Notes: generated by a model not told the origin, from the sequence alone. Numbered from the whole stretch's first letter, positions 49,810 through 63,672 are shown. The stretch is DNA of 63,672 bases, filler included, from Octopus bimaculoides (GCF_001194135.2; 4 parts of 3 records of this genome joined end to end with filler, not necessarily neighbours in it), one strand, 5' to 3'. A program made the numbers and translations.

Positions 49810-50770
49810 GCGAAAGCGATCTCTACCAATACTGGAGGATCTTTACGAGTACACCAGATCTCATCAATGTTTCGGCTGACAATGACATCTTCCAAGAGAT
49901 GAATTTCTGATCCACTTCATTTCATCTGTAAATATTGAACTTCCAGCTGAACTACCTTAGTGACTTTACCCTCCTCCTTGTTTCTGACAGCTTCTACCAC
50001 TAAATCCCGTCTGTCCATACGATCCTGCACACTGATCCGTAGATAGGAAACCCACACTTTTTCTGCTAGTTTGCAATGAATTCCAAATCTCTTTTCATTT
50101 CACATGTGCACCGACTTCGCTACAGTTTCTATCGCCTTCCACTTGTGCCCAATATGAACTGAAGCCTTATTCTGCACTCCGCAGACTCCTTCATTATCAT
50201 AACCGAGTGTACCTTGGCTGCTTTAAATCCTTCGACCACCTTTGTCATAGGCAGTCGCAATTTCCCTGAGAGGCCTCATCAAACGACATTGGACAACGTT
50301 CTTCACACTCGCAACCACGTTCTATCATAAACATTCATTTGCTGCGTCCACCCAACCCATATAACTGCCATCCCGTATATAAGCAGCTGCTACGTAACTC
50401 CTAGTAACAACTCAAATTGACAACACTAGCTTTGCTTTTTCGTAATCAATGCCTCATCAATAAGCATCACCCACTCGCTCACCTTCCCCGGAAGCCTTAC
50501 ATCATAATGTTTGTCATTCAGGTTGACCTCGTACCACCGTCCTAGACGCTTCACTCCCTGCTCTGAACCACATGGGATGTCATCTCCATTTGCATGAACT
50601 CGCCTTTCCCTCACACACATTAAACCTTTTTCTTTAAACTTCATCCCAGTCCATGAAATCAACCCCTCAAGCTTTCTCAAACCTTCTCCCTGCTCTTCTT
50701 GCCTTGACACAATCATCAAATCATTCACGACAATCTCCACTGATGATACCATAATTTCTTCACAAGTGAC
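49810..50770 (-). mobile_element. HERO-like non-LTR RT fragment
   Basis: LEGLISWTGMKFK, EQGVKRLGRWY, LPMTKVVEGFKAAK, GHKWKA. Confidence 0.75.
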
Positions 50771-50784
50771 AGAAGTTAAGAGGT

Positions 50785-50940
50785 GGCTTTTCAGGCCAAG
50801 GGCGGTATTGAAGAGCCGGAGGCATTTCTCGCAGGGAATAGTTGGTGGGGAACGAAGAAGTGCGAGTCGCTCTTCGCGTCTTTGAAGTTTGATCTCTGCC
50901 TCTTGATGTCTATCATTTTCCATAAGGTTACCGGTTCAAT
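50785..50940 (-). mobile_element. RTE-type LINE C-terminal zinc-finger fragment
   Basis: QRREER...CEKCLRLFNTALGLKSHL. Confidence 0.6.
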
Positions 50941-50961
50941 GGCCGATGCGGCAGGTTGTAA

Positions 50962-50992
<31 letters not shown>

Positions 50993-51763
50993 CATTGGAA
51001 GGCCAGATTGACAAACCAAATTTGTTTGCTATAATAGGGACAATCGTTCCGCCTTTAATTGCAAGCGAGGAAGATTCTCGACCGTGTTTTTGTGAATCTT
51101 TCAATGGAAGCAGGTACTTTCGGCAAGGGTAGTAACTTCAGTAGTCATGAATAGGGATGCTTCTCAACCACATGGTTCAGTTCCGCAGCGTGGCACCTTG
51201 GGCAACTTCTTCAATAGCCTCGGGCCCCAAAGCCTTGTGAGTGGATTTGGTAACTGAAAGGAAGCTGAAGGGAGCCCGTCGTATGTGTGTGTGTGTGCAT
51301 TTGTCTCTACACCTACCTAACAAGCTAGCTATCCCTCCAGTTGAAGAAAATAATATCTACTATAATAATACTCTTGTGTTTTTCTCCGTCACAACATATG
51401 GATGAGAAAGGAAGGGGTGAGGACAAACTGGTAGTAGGATGATGGAAATTCTACGGTGAAAAAAATCAAACAGCGTTTCAACTCTGTGTGAGTATATGTG
51501 TGTATGTGTGTGTGTGTACAAGGGAAGTATGTGAATGTTTGTATGAGTGAACCAGCGTTCTTTCAGTAACGAACGATGATTGATGTCACATCTCAAAAGA
51601 CAACCACTTAATACCTTCACAACTACTAATCAGATTTACGCGAAATTTGTTTGATTCTGTTCGTATTTACATTTCAGGGTAAACGTAATTCATAGTAATT
51701 TCCCATTATGCGCCAGTTTGGCTGAGTAACATTGCAAGCAAGATTCAATCTGACTCTTAATGT

Positions 51764-51813
<50 letters not shown>

Positions 51814-51924
51814 GATAGATAGATAGAAACTACAATTCGCCGTCATTTTTGATGCCACGGGGACGGCTAGCATNNNNNNNNNNNNNNNNNNNNNNNNNNN
51901 NNNNNNNNNNNNNNNNNNNNNNNN

Positions 51925-51973
<49 letters not shown>

Positions 51974-52817
51974 ACGCGCACCCTCGCGTTTGTATGTGTG
52001 AGCTTACGCACATGTGCAAAATTTCCTCTTTGATCTCTGGGTTAAACGAGATTTTATCGATTGCGCTATGTGAGTGTTTGCTTGAATAAACAGATTTTTT
52101 TGTTTGTCCCTCACTCGTATTCAACAGTCAACAGATCTATAACATTTCACTAGAGAACTAACTTAATGATGGAAAAGCTCTAAAGTTTGATCAGCAGAAC
52201 TACCGGATTTGATTTAAACATAGTCGAGGTAAAATGGGAGGAGGATAAAATGTAAAGTCTCTGTATATGTTGTCTCTTAAGTAAACGAATACATCTCTGT
52301 GTGCGTTTATGTTAGTAAAAGTATGGAATTATTTAAATTAACGCTATGTTTATGAGCATTTGTGGTGTATGTGTTCGAGCGCGCGTTTGCATTCGTAGCT
52401 ATGTGAGATGTCTATAATACATCTGTGTATATTTGTATGTGTGTATGCGTGTGTTAATAGGAGTAAGTTGGAGTTTTCCTTTTGACTTGTGTAATGTGGT
52501 AATGTATGTGATTAAAGTGTAGTGGATTTTTTAATGTTTATTTTCGGAGTGTGTTTAGACTTAAGCAAACAATGGATTTGTGTGTGCTAGGAGGCGTGTG
52601 GGATGACTTAAACAATACGTTTGAAAGGGAGTGTGTCAGATTGAGTGTGAATTTGTGCGTATATGTATGTGTGTGTGTGTCGGTGTATATGCGTGAATGC
52701 TTATGTTCGCGCGTAGACACACGTATGTACACGTACAAACACAAGAAATACACTCACACATATAAATATACAATGATGATGAATCTCATCCATATATATG
52801 TATGTATATATATATAT

Positions 52818-53022
52818 GCCATGATTAATCGCTGACCAAACACCATTCAATTATTTTTCTCCGTGTTTTTCTCCTTGTTTTCTCCGTATTCTTTCTGTTG
52901 AAGAGCGTAGCTCGAAACGTTAAAGACTCTCTATTCCCGAGCGTCAAACTAATACATCCTTCTGTTGTTTACAACACCTGTCCTCGTCTGTTGTTGGTTT
53001 TTTTTTCGTACATTCTCCCATA
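52818..53022 (+). mobile_element. Second copy of the H2-carrying repeat (motif 52890-52926)
   Basis: tctttCTGTTGAaGAGCgtaGCTCGAAACGTTaaaga. Confidence 0.75.
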
Positions 53023-53144
53023 TATATATATATATACATGCACATATACACACACATAAATTTTCGTAGGGATTAGGTTACTGTGATAAACTTACGACAC
53101 TAAGTTATACGGGGCTGAGCCAAACTGTTTAAAATAATAATAAT

Positions 53145-53350
53145 AATCCTTTCCACTAAAGGCGCAAGGTCTGAAATTTTGGGACAAGGGACTAGACGTT
53201 TACATCGACCCCAGTGTTTCACTGTTACTTAATTTATCGACCCCCGAAGGGATGAAAGGCAAAGTCGACCTAGGCGGAATTTGAACTCGCAACGAAGTGA
53301 CATACGAAATACCGCTAAGCATTTCACCCGGCGTGCTAACGATTCTGCCA
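53145..53350 (-). mobile_element. SINE-A copy
   Basis: aaataccgctaagcatttcacccggcgtgctaacgattctgcca. Confidence 0.9.
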
Positions 53351-53362
53351 NNNNNNNNNNTT

Positions 53363-53404
<42 letters not shown>

Positions 53405-53559
53405 GTGCATACACATATACATACGTATATATCTACAGACACATTCACACACATATAGTCATACATATATACCTATACACATATATACTCTCTCATGCAT
53501 ATATCCATTTTATCTTATTTGTTGAGCTTAAAGGAAGGGACGTTGCCCAAGACGTGTGC

Positions 53560-53990
53560 AGGACGTCTAAGACAGGTGAGTTTGAGGTTGTTAATGCCCT
53601 GCTTAAGCTATTGCAAACCAATACCTGTAGGAAAGAAGTGAGCAGGGAGAAGATTTAGGAAGGTTGATGGTTTGGGTACAAAGGACTTCGAATGATGACT
53701 AGCGTAGGGTCGAAGGTGTTGGATGCACCAAGAATGGCAAGACGGGAAAAGATGAACTGGTCAGGGTGCCTAAGTAGTGGACGTACGAGACTGTCCAGCT
53801 CCGAAGATCAGAGACCATTACAGAAAATACAAGAGAGGAGACAGTATGCCTTTGGGCCAGAGACAGGAGTGTGTCCCTAAGTGATTGAATACTAATTAGT
53901 CGAGAAATCGTTCTCTGGATGCGGCGGTCCAGAATGTCGGTATTCGTTGTAGCTGCACAATTTCAGATGTGGAAGCAGTACTGTGAGCCT
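53560..53990 (-). mobile_element. CR1/Jockey-group LINE 3' coding remnant
   Basis: Reverse strand resembles YC.HIW...ILDRRIQR..SRLI...LSLAQRHTVSSL. Confidence 0.6.
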
Positions 53991-54054
53991 CACTCGAACC
54001 TTGTAGTGAGTCATTGTCAGTAAACTATTGAGGGATGTAATAATTCCTGACCCT

Positions 54055-54270
54055 AAGGTGGCGAGCTGGCAGAATCGTTAGCATGCCGGGCAAAATGCTC
54101 AGCAGCATTTCACCCGTCTTTACGTTTTGAATTCAAATTCCGCCGTGGTCCATTTCGCCTTTTATCGTTTTGTGGTCGATAAAATAAGTACCAGTTGAGC
54201 ACTGGGTCGATGTAATTGACTCGCTCCTGCCCTCAAAATTGCTAGCTTGGTGCCAAAAATTGAAACCAAT
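54055..54270 (+). mobile_element. SINE-A copy
   Basis: aaggtggcgagctggcagaatcgttagcatgccggg... Confidence 0.9.
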
Positions 54271-54459
54271 GTTTCCTGGTTCTGAAAAGAAGGGCCAGAC
54301 TTTAGGATGCGGTTCTAGCTATGTTAAGGGTGTGCTTTCACCAGACAAGATCCTCGGTTATAGTGAGGTCTAGCTTCTGGGGTGACCGCTCTAATACACG
54401 CATCTATATACACACTTCCACACATCTAATGTATGTATGCACATTGCACACATATATTA

Positions 54460-54676
54460 CGAGGGAGTGCTGTAAAGTTCCTGGCTACGAGTAAAAGAAA
54501 ATACAGGAGGATCAGTTAATTATGATTTAATTCAACATATTCCTCTCTCAGATTCACACACTTATTGCAACGGTCCTTCAGTTTTTCAAAGCCCTGTAAA
54601 AGAACTCGGAAGGATGGGTCTCCAAACAGGACTTTCGCAACACCCTTAAAGCCAGGAACTTTTCAGCCCCTCCTCG
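54460..54676. mobile_element. 217-bp mariner-type MITE
   Basis: TIRs CGAGGGAGTGCTGTAAAGTTCCTGGCT and (reverse) CGAGGAGGGGCTGAAAAGTTCCTGGCT; TA at 54458-54459 and 54677-54678. Confidence 0.9.
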
Positions 54677-55062
54677 TACATATGCACCCACATACAATAC
54701 AATACATACATACATACATACATACATACATGCAACTATATATATTGATAAAGGTAAGCATATACACACACACATATATATTTACATAGAGCATACAAAA
54801 TGCAGAATAGCAAGATAATACATAGTTTATGCACACGTACATACATACATACATACATACATACATACATACATACATACATACATACATACATACATAC
54901 ATAAAGAGATGAAAGGGAAAAAAGTAAAACAAAAGAAAACGAAGAAAAGAAAAAGAAAAACAGCGCTTCAGATAGATGACTAACTGTGACCAATGTAATC
55001 AACACAATTACCTTTATGTTCATGCATCAATGTGTATGTATATATATGTAAATATTCGAATG

Positions 55063-55134
<72 letters not shown>

Positions 55135-55499
55135 GAAAAGGGTTTTAGATAGATGCAGGCGAGGGTAAGAGTGTATGTTAGATGGATGGATTAATTAACA
55201 AGCTGCGTAAATAATTCAACGACAAATTGTTAAACACACGAGGGATGTTGGTAAAACGAAGTGATGTTTTATTAATGAATGGATGACATACCATATCACC
55301 TACCCAAGCCACTCTTTGATTTATATGTGGTGGTAGGTGAATGGATGGGTGGGTGGGTATTCTTTTGATAAATAAACAAACACCTAACCTGTCGCCATCC
55401 TGCACTGAATTGATGGCGAACGTTAAGCGGGTGGAAAATGGTGATGAGATCTCACTTTATCTCAAAAGAACCCCCCCCCCCACTAGTTGTAACTAACCA

Positions 55500-55617
55500 T
55501 TTTATCATCCGCCTTCTCCAGCCCATCATTACCATAATCGTCGTCGTCGTTGCCATTGCCTTTATCATCATCATCATCATCGTCATCATCATCATCATCA
55601 TCATCATCACCACCACA

Positions 55618-55676
<59 letters not shown>

Positions 55677-55900
55677 TGTCATCATCTTTCTCTTTCTTTC
55701 CGTCCCTTCTCTATCTTCTCTTCTTACTACCTTCATTTCCTTAACCTTGTCGCCATTTTCTTCCTCCTTCATTCTTATTCGCTTCATGATACTGATCAAC
55801 ATCACCATCACTATCACCACTGCTTTCCTTGTCTTCTTCCCTCTGTTCCTCCTCCTCTTCCTCCTCCTCCTCCTCCTCCTCATCATCATCATCATCATCC
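55500..55900. repeat. Mixed trinucleotide low-complexity tract (CAT/CAC/TCC)
   Basis: Direct reading. Confidence 0.9.
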
Positions 55901-55921
55901 CTCCTTTTCATAATCGTCGTC

Positions 55922-56335
55922 GTTGACATCTTTTTGGGTAGATTGGCGAAGATCTTCGAACATCTTGATCTTAGCTACCAGCTCGACCTTGGTGTCTTTC
56001 TCAACCGTGCCCCAGAAATAGTAATCCATGGGTTACAACCAGGTGAATTAGGAGGCCAGAAATTGGATTCTGGTGAAGTTGTAAAAATTCTCCGACAACC
56101 ACTTCTGACTCTTTCCGCTGGTATGGCAAGGGGCCAAACCCTGTTGCCCCAACAGCAACAACAAACCTATTCAGCCAGGGATAGACCACGGTCTCCAGCA
56201 GTTTTATATAACCATCTAAATTGAGCCTATGACTGTTCAGAACTGTAGGATGGCATGATGTAACCCTCACTGGAGACACAAGCAAAGACCATCACAGTTT
56301 GGGGAAACTTGGTTTTCATGATGCCCCTGTCACAC
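55922..56335 (-). mobile_element. maT/DD37D-like transposase fragment
   Basis: MKTKFPQTVMVFACVSSEG, APCHTSGKSQKWLSENF, FWPPNSPGCNP; frameshifted. Confidence 0.8.
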
Positions 56336-57234
56336 CTTATAGCTTTTACCGTGTTCACAGAGCATTGAGCTGCAGTCATGATATAGAATCATCTTGATAC
56401 AGGTAACTCTTTTCCAATAACCAGATGGCTTCCAGTCTTCCATATCATCTAACTCTTTCTCGACTACAGCTGTAATCTTTATATTCTACAACGCAGCGGA
56501 CTGTTTACCAATACATCAAGCTGTTCCTGAAAAGGAGGTGACATATAAATATCGTCAAATTTAGTGCGATCACCCTGTAATTGATCGACCCCGAAAGGAT
56601 GAAAGTCGACCTCAGTGGAATTTGAACTCAGAACCTAAAGATGGACGAAATTCCACCGAGCATTTTGCCTGTAGGCCCGGCGTGCCAACGATTCTGCTAG
56701 CTCACTGATAATAATAATAATGGTTTCAAATTTTAGCACAAAGCCAGCAAGTGTGGGGGAAGGGATAGGTCGATTACATCGCCCCTAGTGCTTAACTTAT
56801 TTCATCGATCCCGAAAGAGATCTGGCGTATTCGTTAGTGTCGAAAAAATACATTGCTGGATTTGTTCCGGTTCTTTACATTCTGATTTAAAATTCCGCCG
56901 AGGTCAACTTAGCATTTCATTCCTCTCGGGTCGATGGCATCATCTAATCTCCTCTCCATCAAAATTTTAAGTATTTTTATCTTACGCTGTTACAACTCTG
57001 CCAGTTCGCTACCTCATATGGAATAGCACATCTCCCCTATGACTTACCACATTATTTTTTATATTTAACGTGTGGCAGTGTGGTAAGAAATTTGCTTCCC
57101 AGTCACTTGGTTCTGAATTCAATCCCACTGCGTGGCACCTTGGGCAAGTATCTTCTACTATAGCCTCGGACCGATTGAATCGTTGTGAGTGGAAACTGAA
57201 AGAAGCCCGTCAGGGATCTCTCATGAGTGTTACT

Positions 57235-57690
57235 AGTTATATGGAATCCAGTATTACCTGTAGCATGGTCGTGTTGTCGGCGATTAAATCGGCACCCCTA
57301 CTAGGCTTGACTGGTGAGGCGGGTTGCAAGAAATCCAGCAGGACTAAATAGGTCTGGTGAACGTGGTGGTGTTGGTTCAATGACTATCTAGCAATGGTAA
57401 GGACCCCCAGAAATTTCTGGTTGGTATTGGGCTTGCTAGAAGGCTGCTGAGAGTGAGGCACTCCTCAGCTTTTGTTAAAGCATGTCTCTAGGAGAAGGTC
57501 ACTTTGATATAGAATCAGATATGCAGAGAATGGCATTGAACATTTTGAGGATCATTTGCTTGCGCTTGAGAGCATAACACTCCCACATTCATCAGCCTGT
57601 AACCCATATTGGTACTGAATATCTTACTCTGGCTTGTCTTTGGATCATGTCAATAGGGTGGAAAGGGTCTTTGAGGTGCTGTGCAAGCCT
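57235..57690 (-). mobile_element. Very degenerate CR1-like LINE 3' remnant
   Basis: DMIQRQA motif, similar to the 53.6-54.0 kb remnant. Confidence 0.35.
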
Positions 57691-58139
57691 AACTAGATCT
57701 AACATTCTAGGTTGTACAATCGCCGGCGAGGTGACTATAAATACAAAATGGGACAAGAACGCAAAACATCCAGACAGTTAAGTGATACGAGAATGGGACA
57801 ACAAAACATCCAGACAGACAATGCAAAGAAAACAAGGACGGGTCATTCGGAGTTTTCTTTCCTCAGTTGAGTTCCAGATTATCTTTGCAATTTCGACTGG
57901 TTATACTCGAGATTGCTGCAATCTGGCCAGCCCCAAGGTAAAAATAAGCTAAGAGCATTAGATTGCTTGGAAGAAATCAGCGAATGTATACGAAAACAAG
58001 GACGGAAAAAGCGGAGAAAGTTACACAAATACAAATAACAGGACATAACAACAGGGGTCTTTCAACTAAGGACGAATTAAATTAAGCTGGCGTGTGTACA
58101 AGATTTCACAGGCACAGGGAAGAATATAGATGTTGCATG

Positions 58140-58487
58140 GACACAGTGTGTCTGTGAGGTAAGAAGTTTGCTATCCAAGCACATGTTCCCAGGTTCAGTC
58201 TCACTGCGTGGCATCTTAGGTGTCTTCAACTACAGCCCTGACCTTGGGGTGGATTTGGTAAACGGAAACTAAATGAAGCCTGTCATATGTGTATGTGTAT
58301 ATATGTGTGTGTGACTCTGTATTTATCTCCCACAACTGCTTGACGACCGATGCTGGTTTGTTTATGTCCCCGCAATGTAGCGTCTCGGCAAAATGAGAAC
58401 AATGAAGTACCAAATTGGGTCAATTTGTTCGACTAAACCTTTCAGTGCGGTGCTCCAGCATGACCGCAGTTTAATGACTGAAACAAG

Positions 58488-58490
<3 letters not shown>
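58140..58490 (+). mobile_element. SINE-B degenerate copy
   Basis: ggttcagtctcactgcgtggcatc...ggtgctccagcatgaccgcag. Confidence 0.85.
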
Positions 58491-58522
<32 letters not shown>

Positions 58523-59669
58523 CTGTTGCTGCATAACTTTTCATTTCTGGAAACAGACACCATTAGGCAAACTTATTTCTTAATGTCTTCACAGATGTAA
58601 ACTTCCACAGACAACAAAATATGATTACATCATGTATCAGTCAACAGTCGTTGGAAGCAAAAAATAAAGCAGTTGTTCTATAGAAACTAAGCAACCAAGT
58701 GAAATTCGAAACTAACTCGATATCTTCATAGTTTGCAGGAAGCAGTGCATGTCATAAACGTCTCTCGAGCGAATTATAGGAACTAATAATTTACTAATTC
58801 TAAACAAAGTACGAGAACAGCTGTCGCTCAAGAATTTATTTTCTTCCTTTCACTAAGAGATATATGACGTCAAAGCAGTACTTCAGACATTGCAGAAATC
58901 CTTACTAACATAAGAAGCGACGGCGGAGAAAATAAAGAAGCAAACAAAACAGACAGACCTTGCACAGAAACATATTATTGTAAGCAAAGAAATATATAGG
59001 GTAGCACAGCAATGGTATTGACATAAACATAAACCATATAAGTTAATGCTTACTCCTCACGACCCATATATCGAAAACGAAGATAAAAACAAAAATGAAA
59101 ACAGAGCAACCCGTATCCAAAATATTCTTGTGATTATTAACGATTTTATTTAAAGAGACAGCTGGTACACAAAATTTTATGAAAGAGAGAAACCTGTCCC
59201 AGGGTTCAATTTACCAGAATAAATAAAATACTGTCCAGAAGAGGTTTAGATGTTTGGCAACTGGTTTACTGTTCATTGATAAAGTGCATTCCTTGTCGTA
59301 ATCGTCCCTGAATTTCACCACCCGATAGATAAATAACTAGTGTCACGTAATAAAATAATTTGACACATTTTTTGATAATTTCTTTTTAAACATTCCAAAC
59401 TGGATTTATCCCTTGAATTTGTAAAAGAGTTTTCGTGTATGAATGCAGAAGAATTTCATATTGATGTGGCCCACTAAGGAAATAAAAAGACATCTCTGCA
59501 AAGAGTAACAACATGATTTAAATGAGTTTGAAAGTATTAAATTAATTCTAACAAGTAATAAGCTGATACGAATTCTGAAATAAAGACAGATGGCTAATTT
59601 TAACATTTTCCTGATTTACGACTCTATTTACTTGACTTAAATTTCTTTCATACTTGTCCTTTCATTCTT

Positions 59670-59880
59670 CTAATTTTGGCACAAAGCCAGCAATTTTGAG
59701 GGAGTTGGGTAAGTCGATTACATCGAGTACATTCCTTCACTGGCACTTTATTTTATCAAACCCGAAAGAATGAAAGACAAAGTTAGCCTTGACGGAATTT
59801 GAATTCAGAACGTATTGTGTCGGATGAAATATTACTAAGCATTTTGTCCGATTTCTAATTATTCTGCTAGCTTGCCGCCT
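59670..59880 (-). mobile_element. SINE-A degenerate copy
   Basis: gacggaatttgaattcagaacg...ttctgctagcttgccgcct. Confidence 0.8.
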
Positions 59881-60719
59881 ACTTGTCTTTATTATATCAG
59901 AACATTGACAATGTTCTCAAACCTTCAATAGCAGGTACACTAACCTTATCTATTAGAAATACTCTTCAAGATATCGCGGTAAATTACTTCTAAATGCCAC
60001 TAAACGAAACAGTTTATCATAAAAATTCTATCAGAAGACGATTATGAATTCCCAGACAGGCTAGTTAAATGGTAGACGTTCTATTTTATTACAAACTTTA
60101 TAGAAACCTGCTTTAAATCATTCTCTGTATTTACTACACTGTTAACAGTATCATGGGCTTTATGGATTTTACAAGAATAAGTTCCTGACGAGTAAATAAA
60201 AGTCTATAGTAATTGTTTTTCTCTGAAACAAAATTCCACCCTCCATTCTGACTCCATTTTAAAACATTTTTATTGCATTTTTTTAATAGGTTACTTTTAA
60301 AATACAGTTTCGTTCGCAGAGCTTGGCAACCACTAATGTCGCTCTGCTTGAATAAGTAAAACAAGTAAATAAAAAATGAAAAACGACCCCCCCCCTTTAA
60401 TGTTAGAGGTTTAAGAATTAAGTGGGTTTCAGAAACATGTGAAAACCCATATAAATCGTCCCGGATCTAACGCAGTTTTATGTTCAGTTTTTGCAGACTC
60501 CAGCTTTAACATTTAACATTTAACATTTTATACACCATTAACTGACTTTATGTTTTATTAATTCAGAAAACCAAACAAGCATTTATCGTCAGTTCTTTTG
60601 TAATGTTTTAAGAGATAAGTATATATATAGACCAAGAAGCCAACCACAATCTGAGTGTTAAGATACGTACAGTTCATCGGTAAGATATGCAAGTGCATTT
60701 GTTGAATATCAACAACAAA

Positions 60720-60905
60720 TCTTTATATTTTATTTGTTTTAGTCATTAGATTACAGGCATGCTGGAGCACCAGGTTGAAGGATTTTAGTTGAACGAATCA
60801 ACAGGGTACATACTTTTTTTTTATAGCCTGGTACTTATTCTATCAGTTTCTTTTGCTGAACTCCTAAGTTACAGGTACGTAAACACATCAAGCAGTGGTG
60901 GGGGA
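60720..60905 (-). mobile_element. SINE-B 3' part
   Basis: catgctggagcacc...ggtacttattctatc. Confidence 0.7.
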
Positions 60906-60956
60906 CAAACGCACGCACACATACATATAGATCGGAAGAGCNNNNNNNNNNCATAC

Positions 60957-61014
<58 letters not shown>

Positions 61015-62063
61015 TGGCAGACAGAAAACAAGAGAGGAAAACAAACGGAAAAAGCTATACGGCCCGACGTGAAAAATTATGTGTATATTGAATGATAATT
61101 TTTTACTGTTATACTGATGGCACTTTGAAGGTGTGGGTTATTTAAAGAATGAGTGATGACTTTAATGGTCAGATTCATTCAAAATACATCGAAAACCATT
61201 GGAAAAGCATTAAATTTCGCCTTCGAAGTGAGACGGTTATAAATTTCATCTTCAGAGTGAGACGGATTTAATAGTAAATTTATTCCGTTTAATCGGTATT
61301 CTACAGTGTTTATAATGTGTGATAGGTTCATATGCTAGTGTAATATGGATAACTGTCTGGTAAATTTTTATTACACCCATCTCACTTTGGGGCAGCAGTT
61401 TACCTAAGGAACGAGTAGTTTCCAGTAACTCTGAGGGTCATATCCATTTAAAACGCAACAAAAACTATAGAAGAAAACAAATTGTACCTTCAGGGTGAGA
61501 CGGATGTAAAAGTAAAAATTTACTCCATCTAGAATAAAAGTTTCTAAGTAGAACACAGTGAAAGATCTACAGTGAATTTGATCTCACGGGTGGATGAGGT
61601 GGTGACCAAATACCTCTAAGAACGACCGTGCGAACTCAAAAAGGAGAAATGGTGAGAATGGAAAAACAGAGGACTCCTTTTATTTAAACGCGTCACACGG
61701 TCGAACACAAAAATATATATCAAAGATGATANNNNNNNNNNNNNNNNNNNNNNNNNNNNNNNNNNNNNNNNNNNNTTAATTAATTAANNNNNNNNNNNNN
61801 NNNNNNNNNNNNNNNNNNNNNNNNNNNNNNNATATATATTATATGCATGCCAAGCCTTAGGCATGCCACATTCATTGATTTCCATGTGGCACAGCATTCA
61901 TGTTGATCTAGCTGATATCATATGAGATATGCCACGGATGCCATCATATATTATGTGCTATAGAAACTACCAATTTCACTAATGATTGTATACTTAACGG
62001 ATATTTGAGCTGCCTTAATGCAAAACAACAGACATATAAGCAATTGTTTTAGTTTCGGATTAC

Positions 62064-62081
62064 TATGCTGTTATTGTTGTC

Positions 62082-62179
<98 letters not shown>

Positions 62180-62384
62180 CATTATTATTATTATTTTTAT
62201 CATTATCGTCATTAACATCCGTCTTCTTCTTCTTCTTCTTCTTCTTCTTCTTCTTCTTCTTCTTCTTCTTCTTCTTCTTCTTCTTCTTCTTCTTCTTCTT
62301 CTTCTTCTTCTTCTTCTTCTTCTTCTTCTTCTTCTTCTTCTTCTTCTTCTTCTTCTTCTTCTTCTTCTTCTTCTTCTTCTTCTT
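62064..62384. repeat. (TTA)n and long (TTC)n microsatellites
   Basis: Direct reading. Confidence 0.95.
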
Positions 62385-62928
62385 CCGCTCCGTTTTCTTC
62401 GCTACGCATATGTACCATTTGACAAAAGCGGCGATCGCAGAATCCTTCGAAAAGTCGGACGAAATGTTGTTCAAATATTTCGTCCGACATTTTTTGACAT
62501 TCTGATTTCAAATCTCGTTGAGGTCAAGTTTACGTTTTCAATTCTTGGGGATCGGTAAAATAAAGGACCAATCAAGTACTGCAGTCGATTTAATCAACAT
62601 CCCTCCCCCACCCCCAAAATTACTCAGGCAAGACCATGCAACAGACCGACGACTCAGTCAGAGCATAAGTTGTGATTTGGAATTACTTATACGCCATAGA
62701 ATCTGGGAAACCGATCTTTCATTAAAAAGAATTAGATGTGGCATTGGATGAAATTACTTTTACCACCAAAACTAAATGGCGTCGAAGCTAGTTTGTATTA
62801 GAACTTCCTAACATTAACCATGCATTTCCCTATTAGGCATATATACAAAAAATTACTGAAGCAGAAGGATGATGAAGTGACATATAATTGCAAGACCAGT
62901 ATGGTGAAAGCAATTACTTGTAAGTTAT

Positions 62929-63364
62929 ACAGGGTGTCCCAAAAGTTACTGATGGGTTTCAGTTTTTAATAACTTCCTTTACTTTACAAATAAATACATG
63001 AAATTTTGATACAATATAAAGGACATAATGTTAATTAATATGCACACGTCAAATTTTGCAACACTACTACATCACATATGAAAAATGACATCGCTTATAT
63101 AACCATTAAATTCATCCACTCATATTGACACCCAAACACTTTGAAATGTTCGTATTGGAGCTTGCCCAGCGAATGCCAAGCTGTACAGCATGTCGTTTCC
63201 AAGTTTTTGGTAGAGTGAATTGCGTTATGGTGCTGTTTTTTTCTCACAGATGGTGCCCAGCTGACCCTACTATACTGTGTAGTCGACAAAACGAAAAACA
63301 AACAATGTACATGTGCAAAATTAAAAATATAAAATGACTGCAATTTACCCATCGCACCCTGAAT
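62929..63364. mobile_element. Possible Tc1/mariner-type non-autonomous remnant
   Basis: TA-CAGGGTGTCCCAAAAG at the left and CAGGGTGCGATGGG (reverse) at the right share only CAGGGTG. Confidence 0.3.
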
Positions 63365-63633
63365 ATGCTCACACACACACACAAACATATATATAGATAG
63401 GTGTATGTATATACGTATGTATGTGCATATATATATGCGCATACATAAATGAACGCATCTTAAATTAGTGCTTAAGCACTGGTAAGGTATATGTATATAT
63501 TCATGTGTGTATATTGATAGAGTAGACAAGGATATACGTACCAACATTATGTATTACGTAAAAATGAACATATTTATATATATGTATGTATATATGTATG
63601 TTTGTGTGAAATGTATGTATGCATATATATAAT

Positions 63634-63666
<33 letters not shown>

Positions 63667-63672
63667 TATATA

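Noticed and set aside
50426-50923. 165-aa zinc-finger protein gene
   Set aside because: Chance in-frame fusion of an RTE C-terminal finger and a HERO-like RT fragment.
55438-55929. Poly-Met, Ile, Ser and Glu ORFs
   Set aside because: Trinucleotide low-complexity sequence, open in several frames.
57836-57872. Hammerhead (CTGAGGA...GAATGACCCGTC, minus strand)
   Set aside because: No GAAA and no convincing stem II or stem I.
61776-61787. Conserved TTAATTAATTAA element
   Set aside because: Assembly linker inside a fixed 100-base gap.

Overview
Eukaryotic, AT-rich, repeat-dominated draft-assembly sequence with N-gaps. The SINE families and microsatellite load resemble octopus (coleoid cephalopod) DNA; this is inferred from pattern recognition, not a database search. 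Most ORF-track entries are microsatellite artefacts or transposon remnants. Main contents: (1) scattered, partly phase-compatible GT-AG exons on the + strand (7258-7293, 25029-25159, 27052-27194, plus weaker candidates) that spell a divergent Dbl-homology (RhoGEF-like) domain, so much of the window is probably intronic; (2) a head-to-tail cluster of Dong/R4-type RLE retrotransposons sitting in (TAA)n tracts at 9.4-16.9 kb; (3) decayed RTE, L1/Tx1, HERO-like, CR1-like and Penelope-like retroelements; (4) mariner, Tc3-like, maT-like and hAT/Charlie DNA-transposon remnants and MITEs; (5) several SINE families; (6) several hammerhead-ribozyme-like motifs with non-canonical cores, some next to a Penelope GIY-YIG remnant. 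No CRISPR array, rRNA or true tRNA gene is supported. Boundaries of degenerate repeats are approximate (tens of bases).
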